A stretch of DNA of 64,000 nt from Sulfurospirillaceae bacterium (GCA_028684065.1 JAQUGO010000007.1:39507-103506), one strand, 5' to 3'. Counted from the stretch's first letter, positions 1 to 8,880 are shown. Made by a program: numbers and translations. Notes: generated by a model not told the origin, from the letters alone.

Positions 1-346
1 TATCCGTGGTTGAAAGTAGTGTTTCTTTTTCTAAGAGCTTTTGGATAGAAGGTGAGTATGATTTTGGCTCAGAAGTTAAAATCTCCTTTTTTTCTTCATC
101 ACTTAATTTTATTTGTTTAAGCTTGTAAAGGTTATATCCTACAATACAAAGCACCAAAAACCATTTGATAAGAAGTAAAGTAAATAGATTCTCTTTATTC
201 GAAACCTTCGCTACTTTGTAGATATCTTCATAGATGCCATTGATAAATGATATGGCAATAAGGGATAAAATCACCAAAATAATCTGGTGACGAAACTTTT
301 TTAACAATATATAATAAGTGGTTGTTTTAAATAAAAATGTAAACAT
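1..346 (-). CDS. hypothetical membrane protein, C-terminus outside window (MFTFLFKTTTYYILLKKFRHQIILVILSLIAISF...)
   Basis: My own minus-strand translation from the ATG at 346 stays open to the window edge. It has hydrophobic stretches. It is absent from the supplied track because it is truncated. Confidence 0.3.
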   Translation of the reverse strand, partial: MFTFLFKTTTYYILLKKFRHQIILVILSLIAISFINGIYEDIYKVAKVSNKENLFTLLLIKWFLVLCIVGYNLYKLKQIKLSDEEKKEILTSEPKSYSPSIQKLLEKETLLSTTD

Positions 347-350
347 GTCT

Positions 351-638
351 TTATCCTACTAAAAAATCTATACCCATAATGACCATCAAGCCTTTTGATA
401 CGTATTTATGGTGTTTTTCCTTGATATCTTTACAGCTATCATTGACCATAGCTTCATAATCGTTGCTTTCAACCTTTGTGATGTCAATCTTTTTTTCATC
501 TAATTTGGTATTTACTATTTCAATGGCTTTTTCTCTAATATAACAATCATAAGTCATTGAGATTTTTTTAGATGTATCTTCAATTTTTGTGATGGTTTGT
601 GTTATAACCTCAAGCATTGCCTTTTCCTTCTTTTGCAT
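351..638 (-). CDS. hypothetical small protein (95 aa)
   Basis: Track ORF, co-directional and tightly packed with its neighbours. No recognisable motif. Confidence 0.4.
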   Translation of the reverse strand: MQKKEKAMLEVITQTITKIEDTSKKISMTYDCYIREKAIEIVNTKLDEKKIDITKVESNDYEAMVNDSCKDIKEKHHKYVSKGLMVIMGIDFLVG

Positions 639-924
639 CTTGCGCTTTTTTTAAAACATCTTCAATTTTCATTGCAAAATCATCCATATTGTTAATGGGT
701 TTAAAGGGTGAATTGAGCTGATTAATTTTTGTTTCCAATTGATTGCGTTTGTATTCAACCTTTACATCATGCAAGCCTTGAGCAAGTGCGGAGTTAATCT
801 CTTTTTTCACTTCCCATAGCATTCCAAGAGCAGCTGGTGTATTTTTAACTACAAATTTGCTACCTAGCCACGAAAATTGAGTGAGGATTTTAACTCCCTG
901 CCAGATATCTTTCATTGCTCCCAT
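610..924 (-). CDS. hypothetical small protein (104 aa)
   Basis: Track ORF in the same string of small minus-strand genes. No recognisable motif. Confidence 0.4.
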   Translation of the reverse strand: MGAMKDIWQGVKILTQFSWLGSKFVVKNTPAALGMLWEVKKEINSALAQGLHDVKVEYKRNQLETKINQLNSPFKPINNMDDFAMKIEDVLKKAQDAKEGKGNA

Positions 925-936
925 CTTATGCTCCTT

Positions 937-1167
937 TTAAAATATTCCACCAGTGATCAATGAGAGCACAATACCAATGCCCACACCTGCCCCTACTTTT
1001 TTCCCATCAGCTTTTAAAATCTCTATTTCATCCAAAAGCAACTCATTGAATTTTTCATCGGAGAGATCTACTCGCTGCAAGCCTTGCTTATTTAGCTTTT
1101 TTAACAAGCTATTTTCTGCCATAGTGCGCACACTTTTATCGAACTCTTTTTGTGCTTCATCAAACAT
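937..1167 (-). CDS. hypothetical small protein with C-terminal glycine-rich TM segment
   Basis: The C-terminus KVGAGVGIGIVLSLITGGIF looks like a glycine-zipper membrane anchor. Confidence 0.45.
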   Translation of the reverse strand: MFDEAQKEFDKSVRTMAENSLLKKLNKQGLQRVDLSDEKFNELLLDEIEILKADGKKVGAGVGIGIVLSLITGGIF

Positions 1168-1403
1168 TCTGTCTCCTTATGATATTTAATGACATTATAA
1201 AGAAGCAGATAGTCATATTTTGACTATCAAATAAATCGTAGAGGGGGTGGAAGTGACTATATGGAATCTATTTTGGGAGATTGAAAATAATCACACCAGT
1301 ATAATAAGGCTCCTATTGTTATGCAAATATTTTCAAATTTTTTATATAACTATTTGTATATTTTTGTCAATATTTTGTACTCATGGTAGATTTGGTAAAT
1401 TTT

Positions 1404-1883
1404 TCATTTCTTGGGATTGCGAAAAAGGGTTTGATAACTAATCATCTTGACTTGACGAGAATAAATACCCCATGAAACACCAAAAAAATCTACATTTGCA
1501 TTTTGTGCTGTAGTGTAATCTATGTCATTATCACCGATATATATAGCTTCTTTGTTGTTGATTGAAAAATAATCTAATACTTTAAAAATACCTTCTGGAT
1601 GCGGTTTGTGGTTTCCAACATCATGGTAACAAACTATAAAATCAATATCTACATTATAAAAAGACAATACTTTTCTTACATATGTCTTTGGTGAATTTGA
1701 TACGATTGCAGTCTTTATACCATTATTATAAAGCCTCTCTAATGTATCTATAGCATTAGGGTAAAAATTACATTTATCTATATTTTGATAAACAAGTGAC
1801 CATTGTCGCTTGTCCATTAAAACTTTTATTGTTGATGAATCAAATAATGTTAAATCAAAATCAAATATTACTACTTTTACCAT
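1404..1883 (-). CDS. HAD-superfamily hydrolase/phosphatase
   Basis: N-terminal DxD motif (VVIFDFDLTLFDS), SNS motif II-like (IVSNSP), and GDNDIDY motif IV-like. Its start overlaps the upstream DprA-like gene by 7 nt. Confidence 0.75.
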   Translation of the reverse strand: MVKVVIFDFDLTLFDSSTIKVLMDKRQWSLVYQNIDKCNFYPNAIDTLERLYNNGIKTAIVSNSPKTYVRKVLSFYNVDIDFIVCYHDVGNHKPHPEGIFKVLDYFSINNKEAIYIGDNDIDYTTAQNANVDFFGVSWGIYSRQVKMISYQTLFRNPKK

Positions 1884-2812
1884 AGGGTATCTTTTTGTAG
1901 TGATATATTCAATTTTGCAATGATCTCATCATAGTTATTCGAAGTATAAGGAATTGATGTATGAGAATCAATTAGGTGTTTTACTCCTTCAACTTGTTTA
2001 AAAGTTTGATATTTTTCATCAAGTTTATATATATCAGGAGTAAAAACAGCCCGTTTTAATTTAATAGCATCATTTACTGCGTGCATTGAACCACCTTTTA
2101 ATGATGTTTCAATTACAAATACTGATTTAGATAAACCACTTTGGATTCTATCTCTTTTAACTAATTGCGCTGAATAAAATTTAGTTCCAGGTTTTTCTTC
2201 AGATATAAGTAGCCCATTATTATCTAAGATATCTTGAGCTAATTTTTTATTTTCTGTTGGATAAATATTGTCTATTAAAGGAATAATAGCAATCGTTTTA
2301 CCTTCGTTTTTAAGAGTTGTTGCGTGAGCAATACTATCCATCCCTTTAGCTAAGCCACTCACAATTGTAAAATTATTTTGAATCAAAAACTCTACTGTTT
2401 TAGTGGCTATTATGGCACCTGTTGAAGTATTTTCTCTCGTGCCAATAACTGCGATACAGTTTGAATTTAAAAGATCAAGATTCCCTTTGCAATATAAGAT
2501 AGCAGGTGGATTTGTAGATTCTTTTAAAATATCAGGATAGTGTTTATCATTAATAGTTACGCAATGAATATCATCTTTCTGATAACTATTAATCAAGTTT
2601 TGTATATTGCTATATAAATTATCAATATTTGTGTCAAGATATATTTCGATAGTATTGGCTAGTTTTGTATTAACTATTTTTGTTAAATCAAAATCTTTTA
2701 ATTCATAGATACTATTGATATTATTTAATTTACAGTAATTCAAAATTTTAATTAAATTTACTGAACCCAAGCCTTTTATATTTGTAAGAATTGCTATATC
2801 TATAAGTTTCAT
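1877..2812 (-). CDS. shosA: DprA/Smf-like (SLOG superfamily) protein, ShosA-like
   Basis: The stretch AVIGTRENTSTGAIIATKTVEFL...IVSGLAKGMDSIAHATTL matches the DprA Rossmann core pattern (GxR..S.YG ... SG.A.GID..AH). It follows a PRTase gene. Confidence 0.7.
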   Translation of the reverse strand: MKLIDIAILTNIKGLGSVNLIKILNYCKLNNINSIYELKDFDLTKIVNTKLANTIEIYLDTNIDNLYSNIQNLINSYQKDDIHCVTINDKHYPDILKESTNPPAILYCKGNLDLLNSNCIAVIGTRENTSTGAIIATKTVEFLIQNNFTIVSGLAKGMDSIAHATTLKNEGKTIAIIPLIDNIYPTENKKLAQDILDNNGLLISEEKPGTKFYSAQLVKRDRIQSGLSKSVFVIETSLKGGSMHAVNDAIKLKRAVFTPDIYKLDEKYQTFKQVEGVKHLIDSHTSIPYTSNNYDEIIAKLNISLQKDTLW

Positions 2813-2823
2813 TTCTTATCCTT

Positions 2824-3390
2824 TTATGCTGTTAATTTTTTATAAAATTTTGAGTTAAACTCTTGCTTATCGCTTGTATAGTCTTTATTCCAAAGTGTTT
2901 TTACAAGGGCAAAACAATTAATATTTGCCTGATTATTTGATGCTTTACCGATAGCTCTGCCTATTTCATTAAATGTTGTACCTGTAGTAGAAACATCATC
3001 AATTATCAAATAAGTGCCATTTTTTCTTAATCCTTTCAAGTCACAATGATATTTATGATCTAAAATCTTTTTCCGATTGTATTCTCCACCTGCAAATTTC
3101 AATTGCTCAGTTCTTGTTTTAGTCAAAATATCTGTTATATATTCTGCATTAAACTTTTTTGCAAGTAATCTGCCCATTAAATCTAGTGGTGTATTTTTGT
3201 CATATGTCGAAGTTTCATCACTTCCAAGAGCTCTAACTATATAATCAACCTGAAAACCTTTAAAAATATATTCAAAGTTTTTATCAACATAATGTAGCCA
3301 TCTATTAATAGAACTTTGATTTTCTTTTTTAAACAGTAACAACTCTTTCCCTACTTCATCTCGATAAAATGCTAAAGCTATTTTTTTCAT
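2824..3390 (-). CDS. shosT: phosphoribosyltransferase (ComF-like PRTase), ShosT-like
   Basis: PRPP-binding loop YLIIDDVSTTGTTFNEI. Its size and its position upstream of a DprA-like gene fit ShosTA as I recall it. Confidence 0.7.
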   Translation of the reverse strand: MKKIALAFYRDEVGKELLLFKKENQSSINRWLHYVDKNFEYIFKGFQVDYIVRALGSDETSTYDKNTPLDLMGRLLAKKFNAEYITDILTKTRTEQLKFAGGEYNRKKILDHKYHCDLKGLRKNGTYLIIDDVSTTGTTFNEIGRAIGKASNNQANINCFALVKTLWNKDYTSDKQEFNSKFYKKLTA

Positions 3391-3434
3391 TTTCAGTCCT
3401 TTCTGTTTTTGTATTAGTATTTTAAAAAGCTGAT

Positions 3435-3695
3435 TTACTTTTTTTTACTTTCAAAGTCAGATGGTATTGTCAACGAATTATTTGGCTCATAAGCAGTTAC
3501 TAGGATAGGTTCTTCATTTCGCAAATTGGCAAAGATGTACAAAAATCCATTATGCATCATCTTAAATCCATCAAGAGTTTTATTTGTAACGAACTCTCCA
3601 TATTCAAGCACAGTTTGCACATGTCTTAAATGTGCTCTTTTGGGTAATCCAACTCTTTCTTTGATTCTTTTGCTAGCGTGTTTTGAAATTTTCAT
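3435..3695 (-). CDS. small DUF4258-like protein (possible RNase-type toxin fold)
   Basis: N-terminal SKHASKRIKER and a later ILVTAYEP resemble the DUF4258 pattern (HA..R..eR ... viTvy). Recognition is by eye only. Confidence 0.4.
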   Translation of the reverse strand: MKISKHASKRIKERVGLPKRAHLRHVQTVLEYGEFVTNKTLDGFKMMHNGFLYIFANLRNEEPILVTAYEPNNSLTIPSDFESKKK

Positions 3696-3759
3696 CTCGT
3701 ATCCTTTGTATTTTGATACGAGAACTTTATTAAGAGGATTTACTTTTTTTTACTTTTGA
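3693..3759. repeat. left copy of an inverted ~67-nt divergent-promoter/5'-leader module (includes the start codon of 3435..3695)
   Basis: About 80% identical by hand alignment to the reverse complement of 7958..8025. Shared blocks are CATCTCGTATCCTTT, GATA, TTTAT and AGGATTTAC(T8-9)ACTTTTG. Confidence 0.8.
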
Positions 3760-3783
3760 TTTAGATAGAATAGATACTAGTTA

Positions 3784-6700
3784 ATGGGGGTATTTATGAG
3801 CAATAATTCAAAAATATTTAGACTTTTTATATCTTCGACATTTAAAGACTTTCAATTAGAAAGAGAAACCTTACAAACAAAAGTTTTTCCAGAGATAAAA
3901 GAATATTGTTCCTCAAAAGGCTATACATTTCAGCCTATAGATTTAAGATGGGGAGTAAGTGCTGAAGCTCAAATAGATCAAAAAGCTTTAGAGATGTGCA
4001 TCAAAGAGGTTCAGTCTTGTAAAAAACATAGCTACCCAAATTTCTTGATAATGCTTGGAGATAGGTATGGATGGGTCCCATTACCTAATATTATTGAAGC
4101 AAGTGAATTTGAGCTTATTTTAAAAAATGTAAAAGTTGAAGATAAAGAATTATTATTATATTGGTACTATGAAGACAAGAATCAACTACCTCCTTCATTT
4201 ATACTAAAACAGCTACCTCCTTCATTTATACTAAAACAGGGCACAAGGAAATATATTGATGATTATAAATGGGCAGCAGCCGAATCAAATTTAAGAAGAA
4301 TACTTCAAAATGCAATAGAAAATTTAGATGATACACTAAGAGCAAAATTCATAACATCTGCTACTGAATCAGAAGCTATAGAGGGGATTGTCTCTTATTT
4401 TAAAAAAACAGAATACCAAAAACAACTATTACACCTGATTCCAGAACTTGAGCAATTAGATCACAAACATATATTTGGATTTTTTAGAGATATTGATACA
4501 AATAGCATTATTGAAGATCAGTTTGTATCAGATGATTACTATAAAGCTCAAGAATTTAAAGATAAAGTCAAAAAACAGCTTGTAAGTGAAAATATTTTAC
4601 ATGTAACTACATCTCAAGTCTTAAAAGATAAGTTGGATGAAAAATATCTTGATGAGTTTACTGAATCAATTTTAAATTTTTTAAAATTACAAGTTGATCA
4701 ACAGATAAAAAAAGATGAAGAAAAAGACTATACAAGTTTAGAATTAGAAAAACAGCAACAACACAACTATCTCAATCAAAAGCTTGAAAACTTTTTAGGA
4801 CAACAAAAGGCACTAGAAGAGATTCGAGATTATATCAGTAATGAAGATGACAAACCGCTTATAATATGTGGCGAGTCAGGTATAGGAAAGTCATCCATCA
4901 TGGCTAAAACTATAGAGGATACTTCTAATACCTTTAGTAAAAAAATTATCTATAGATTTATAGGAGCTACGCCAAACTCTACAACCACAAAAGACCTTTT
5001 AACTTCTATTTTAGAAGAATTAAATATCACTTTAGAAGATGAAAAACTAGATACTATTGAAAATCAATTTTTAACAGATATAGATAAAGAAGAAAATAGT
5101 TTTGTAGAATTATCGAATAAAGTTTATGAAGAAATTATGAATATAACAGATGATATCGTGATATTCGTAGATGCAGTTGATCAGTTGTATAATGATGATC
5201 AGTTTTTATGGCTTCCTAGTCAATTACCATCAAATATTAAAATAGTTATATCAGTATTAAAAGATAGAAATTATAAAGAAGACAGCAAGTACTTTTACAC
5301 ACTAGAAGATAAGATTTCAAAATTTATAGAAATAGAACCATTTAATAAACCAATTGAGCTACTAGAGTTATTACTATTGCAACAAAATAGAACTCTGCAA
5401 GATGCTCAAAAAGAATACTTTTTAAAACAATACAATAAAGTTAATACCCCTCTATATGTATATATAGCTGCAAATCAAATGTTATATTGGACAAGCCATG
5501 ATTTGGTCGATACTAATGTTTCATTGAGTTTTACTCAAAAAGATATAGTAAAAAAATTTATTGAAAATCTAACATCCTTACATCATCATGATAGGAGATT
5601 AGTTAAAAAAGTCTTTGGATATATTTTAGCTTCAAAAGATGGACTTAGTGAGTATGAAATATTGGAGTTATTAAATACAAATAAAAAGTTTGTAAAAACT
5701 ATTGCACCAGATACTAGACATACAAATACTACGCAAGAACTTCCTTTAGTGATATGGACACGACTCTATGGTCATATCAAACCATTTTTAAGTAGAAAGA
5801 AACAAGATGGGCAAGAACTGTTATACTTTTTTCATAGAGAATTTATAGATATTATAGAAAATCAACCAAATCAACAAAAAGAACATAAAAATATTATAGA
5901 GGCCACTCAAAAACTTATAAAAAAGAATCAAGATAAAGAGTTTAATAGTAACAGGTGGGGAAAATTATATGCCAATTTACTGGTAGAATATTTTTTAAAA
6001 TATGATAAAAACGATATAATAAAAAAGTTTTGTAAAATATTAAATAATATTAATAATGACTTCTGGCTAATTAGCTTCATTGAGTTTTTTCAACAGATGG
6101 GATGGAGACTAAATACGCTTAATAAATTTAATGAGGCTTTAGGTCATAGAAAATTAATTAATCTAATTCTTGAAAATTTATACAATAAATCTTCAAAATG
6201 GTTATATCTATACACGCAATCCTCTCATAATGTTGCTAGTACCTTATATCGACTAAACCAAACGATAGAAGCAATAGAAATTGAAGAAAAAAATATAAAT
6301 ATAATTGAAAATATTTCAGATTATGATAGTTTAAATAGTATAGAATTTATGAAATATCTAAATCATCATTCCCTTAAAGAAGCCAAAAATAGTGTTGATA
6401 TTAAAGGAATAGCATCATTAATGTGGACCGATTCTTACTTAAAAATTTTAAGTGTGCTATCTTCTTGTTATAGTAAGAGAAATCAACTTGATAAAGCTAT
6501 AGAGCTAGATAAAAAAAGTTGTAATATTGCTGAGATTTTTTATAATGCACCTAACAATAATGGTAAGTTTTTTATTAAGCATTATTTAACTGCGTTAAAT
6601 AACTTATCTGAGTCTCATTACAAAAATAATGAAATCAATGATGCTATTTCTTTACAAAAAAAAGCATTAAATATTGTAGAACAAGAACATGATTTATATA

Positions 6701-7641
6701 GTGGGTATTTAGTTGAAGATTATGCAAGAATATTGAACAACTTATCTATTTATTTAGAATATATAGATCCCATAATGTCAAAGCAATTCTCTGAAAAAAG
6801 TTATGCCTTAATAAATAAATTACATAATCTCAACCCACAAAGATATTTGGGACAATTGCATAATATAAACTCAAATAAAACATCCATAGATATAAATAAT
6901 GGATATTTAGATAATTATGAGCAATATTTCAGCGACTCAGTAAAAATACTTGATAGTTTAGAAAGTATTGATAAAGAAAATTGGATTGAAGAACAATCAA
7001 ATAAACTATTGATTAAATCTTATGAGTACTATAAAAAGAATGATTTAGAACAATCTTTGAAATATCTTAAGTTAAATAAACGAATTATTGAATATGTGTA
7101 CATAGAAGATAAAAAGTATTGGGCTCAGTTTTATATTCAACAACTTATATCTTTATCAAAAGTTTTAAATGACACAAATCAATATCAAGAAGCTATGTTA
7201 TTGCTAAAAGAAAGTATTAATATCTGTGAACAGTGTATAACAGAAAATGATGAGTGGTATGATTTGTATACAAAGAATATGAATAATCTTGCTAATACAT
7301 ACACTTATTTGAATCAAAAAGAAGAAGCATATGAGCTAAATAAAAAAAATCTTTCTATCAGTACTAAATTATTTCAAAAAGATCAACAAAAATGGTTTAG
7401 AGCTTATTATTGGGCTTTAGAAAATATGGCAAGCACATATTTTTACAATGGAGATGATAAAAAAGAAAAAGAGTGTAAGGATAAAATTAAAGAACTTGAA
7501 TCCAACCCCTTATTTAAATTTGAAAAAGATGTTATAGAAAATAAATCTGATGATAAAAAAATAAAGTATCTCGATTATTTTTATAAAGCTTTATTATTGT
7601 TAGGTATTTATTTCTTTATTAAATATGTATTTTTAGAATAA
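3784..7641 (+). CDS. STAND NTPase: DUF4062-like N-terminal domain + NACHT-like P-loop + C-terminal TPR array + C-terminal TM tail (Avs/bNACHT-like)
   Basis: N-terminus FRLFISSTFKDFQLERE...DLRWGV. Walker A PLIICGESGIGKSSIMAK. Walker B-like IVIFVDAVDQ. Long TPR-like repeats containing NNL(A/S) motifs. Last 22 aa are hydrophobic (LLLLGIYFFIKYVFLE). An alternative start at 3796 (MSNNSK) is possible. Confidence 0.8.
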   Translation: MGVFMSNNSKIFRLFISSTFKDFQLERETLQTKVFPEIKEYCSSKGYTFQPIDLRWGVSAEAQIDQKALEMCIKEVQSCKKHSYPNFLIMLGDRYGWVPLPNIIEASEFELILKNVKVEDKELLLYWYYEDKNQLPPSFILKQLPPSFILKQGTRKYIDDYKWAAAESNLRRILQNAIENLDDTLRAKFITSATESEAIEGIVSYFKKTEYQKQLLHLIPELEQLDHKHIFGFFRDIDTNSIIEDQFVSDDYYKAQEFKDKVKKQLVSENILHVTTSQVLKDKLDEKYLDEFTESILNFLKLQVDQQIKKDEEKDYTSLELEKQQQHNYLNQKLENFLGQQKALEEIRDYISNEDDKPLIICGESGIGKSSIMAKTIEDTSNTFSKKIIYRFIGATPNSTTTKDLLTSILEELNITLEDEKLDTIENQFLTDIDKEENSFVELSNKVYEEIMNITDDIVIFVDAVDQLYNDDQFLWLPSQLPSNIKIVISVLKDRNYKEDSKYFYTLEDKISKFIEIEPFNKPIELLELLLLQQNRTLQDAQKEYFLKQYNKVNTPLYVYIAANQMLYWTSHDLVDTNVSLSFTQKDIVKKFIENLTSLHHHDRRLVKKVFGYILASKDGLSEYEILELLNTNKKFVKTIAPDTRHTNTTQELPLVIWTRLYGHIKPFLSRKKQDGQELLYFFHREFIDIIENQPNQQKEHKNIIEATQKLIKKNQDKEFNSNRWGKLYANLLVEYFLKYDKNDIIKKFCKILNNINNDFWLISFIEFFQQMGWRLNTLNKFNEALGHRKLINLILENLYNKSSKWLYLYTQSSHNVASTLYRLNQTIEAIEIEEKNINIIENISDYDSLNSIEFMKYLNHHSLKEAKNSVDIKGIASLMWTDSYLKILSVLSSCYSKRNQLDKAIELDKKSCNIAEIFYNAPNNNGKFFIKHYLTALNNLSESHYKNNEINDAISLQKKALNIVEQEHDLYSGYLVEDYARILNNLSIYLEYIDPIMSKQFSEKSYALINKLHNLNPQRYLGQLHNINSNKTSIDINNGYLDNYEQYFSDSVKILDSLESIDKENWIEEQSNKLLIKSYEYYKKNDLEQSLKYLKLNKRIIEYVYIEDKKYWAQFYIQQLISLSKVLNDTNQYQEAMLLLKESINICEQCITENDEWYDLYTKNMNNLANTYTYLNQKEEAYELNKKNLSISTKLFQKDQQKWFRAYYWALENMASTYFYNGDDKKEKECKDKIKELESNPLFKFEKDVIENKSDDKKIKYLDYFYKALLLLGIYFFIKYVFLE
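4186..4239 (+). repeat. perfect 2 x 27-nt in-frame tandem duplication (LPPSFILKQ x2) inside the STAND gene
   Basis: CTACCTCCTTCATTTATACTAAAACAG is present at 4186..4212 and again at 4213..4239. Confidence 0.95.
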
Positions 7642-7899
7642 TTATTTTTTAAAGATCTTTTTTAAAAGCCTATTAGATTGATTACCTATATAAGTACCGA
7701 GAAGTATTTGTAGTATTGCTAAAAATCCAAAGCTTATTGCCTGAAAAAATGAATATATTACAAATATTATCGCTAAGGGTGGTATTGTGTTTTCAATAAA
7801 ACTACCTTTCCCATAATAGCTTTGCTTAGCTTTGTCATTGCCCCATCCAGCGATAAACCCAATAAAAAAGCTTATTAAAACTACGGTTTTTATTTCCAC
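7642..7899 (-). CDS. small membrane protein (85 aa)
   Basis: Three hydrophobic segments. Convergent with the STAND gene. Its upstream region is part of the right inverted module. Confidence 0.4.
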   Translation of the reverse strand: MEIKTVVLISFFIGFIAGWGNDKAKQSYYGKGSFIENTIPPLAIIFVIYSFFQAISFGFLAILQILLGTYIGNQSNRLLKKIFKK

Positions 7900-7957
7900 A
7901 AGTCAATCCTTTAAATAATGTCCATCACTACATTTACACAATTATACCTAAACCCTA

Positions 7958-8025
7958 CAAAAGTAAAAAAAAGTAAATCCTTTTCATAAACTTCTTTTAT
8001 CAAATTAGATAAAGGATACGAGATG
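7958..8025. repeat. right (inverted) copy of the divergent-promoter/5'-leader module (includes the start codon of 8023..8304)
   Basis: Reverse complement aligns to 3693..3759. See the left copy. Confidence 0.8.
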
Positions 8026-8304
8026 AGGAACTTTAACCAACAGTCTTCAAGCCAAGATAATAAAGAAATTCGAAACTATGTCAAATTGATGCAAGAAAAT
8101 AGGATAAATACTATCGTTGAAATGAATAAATATATTTCTAGAAATAAAATGTGGAATGATTTTTCTGCAATAAGAAGAGAAAACACTTATCAATCTGGCT
8201 TCACATCCATAGGAATTTCTAAAGATGCATACAAATCAATATGTGAACTATATCAAACAGAAGATTCTATAACAACTTTTCTGATTGGACAAAAAAGAAT
8301 TTAG
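8023..8304 (+). CDS. hypothetical protein (93 aa)
   Basis: Track ORF. It is the first gene of a three-gene plus-strand string. No motif recognised. Confidence 0.4.
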   Translation: MRNFNQQSSSQDNKEIRNYVKLMQENRINTIVEMNKYISRNKMWNDFSAIRRENTYQSGFTSIGISKDAYKSICELYQTEDSITTFLIGQKRI

Positions 8305-8372
8305 CTTTTACTTTTGCAAAGTAAGAAGCACAGAAAGATTTCTCAAAATACAATTTTAATCAAAGGAGTTGA

Positions 8373-8867
8373 ATGTTCAAAATAGGAGTTACAGGTCACA
8401 GAGAATTAAAAAAGGAAGATATTGCAACATATAAATTAAAAGTTTTTCAACAATTAAATATACTAAAACAAAAATATAATAAACTAATTTTATATTCTGC
8501 ACTTGCAGATGGTGCTGATAGATTAGTCATATATGAAGCTCAAAAACTTAATATTAAATTTATAGCTATTTTGCCTTTTGAAAAAGAACTATATAAAAAC
8601 GACTTTTATTTAAATTCAAAAAATGAATTTGATGATTTATTAACCAATTCAGAGGATGTTATACAAATACCACACAAATTTATTTTTTCTAAAGAAAAAC
8701 AGTATGAACTTGCAGGTCACTACATATCTGATAACTGTGATGTACTTTTTGCACTGTGGGATGAAAAATATAATAGACTACAAGGTGGTACAAGTGAAAT
8801 AGTTAAATATCATTTAAAAAACAAAAAAAAGCTATGGCATCTTAAGGTATTTAGGAATAGTTTTTAG
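8373..8867 (+). CDS. SLOG-superfamily (LOG/DprA-like Rossmann) small protein
   Basis: Three landmarks: N-terminal glycine loop KIGVTGHR, mid motif SALADGADRLV, and C-terminal LQGGTSEIV (a GGxGT-like LOG/SLOG signature). Confidence 0.55.
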   Translation: MFKIGVTGHRELKKEDIATYKLKVFQQLNILKQKYNKLILYSALADGADRLVIYEAQKLNIKFIAILPFEKELYKNDFYLNSKNEFDDLLTNSEDVIQIPHKFIFSKEKQYELAGHYISDNCDVLFALWDEKYNRLQGGTSEIVKYHLKNKKKLWHLKVFRNSF

Positions 8868-8880
8868 CTAAAATAATCTC

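Noticed and set aside
953-1189. Antisense or shadow ORFs inside better-supported genes. Examples: 953..1189, 3526..3759, 8924..9109, 11027..11281, 11424..11666, 11804..12638 (several), 12687..13194, 13278..13511, 16599..16892 and 18905..19189. All the 60-145-aa ORFs nested in the large helicase, methylase, SNF2, SbcC, relaxase, ParA, trpD, rpoN and argG genes belong here too.
   Set aside because: Each lies on the opposite strand, or in another frame, of a gene with clear family motifs. Their sequences are low-complexity (S/L/F/K-rich), as expected from reading AT-rich coding DNA out of frame. None has motifs or ribosome-binding sites.
1247-1441. 64-aa plus-strand ORF in the gap after the small-gene cluster
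   Set aside because: It overlaps the 3' end of the HAD gene, has a hydrophobic low-complexity sequence, and has no SD. It is probably non-coding promoter or terminator space.
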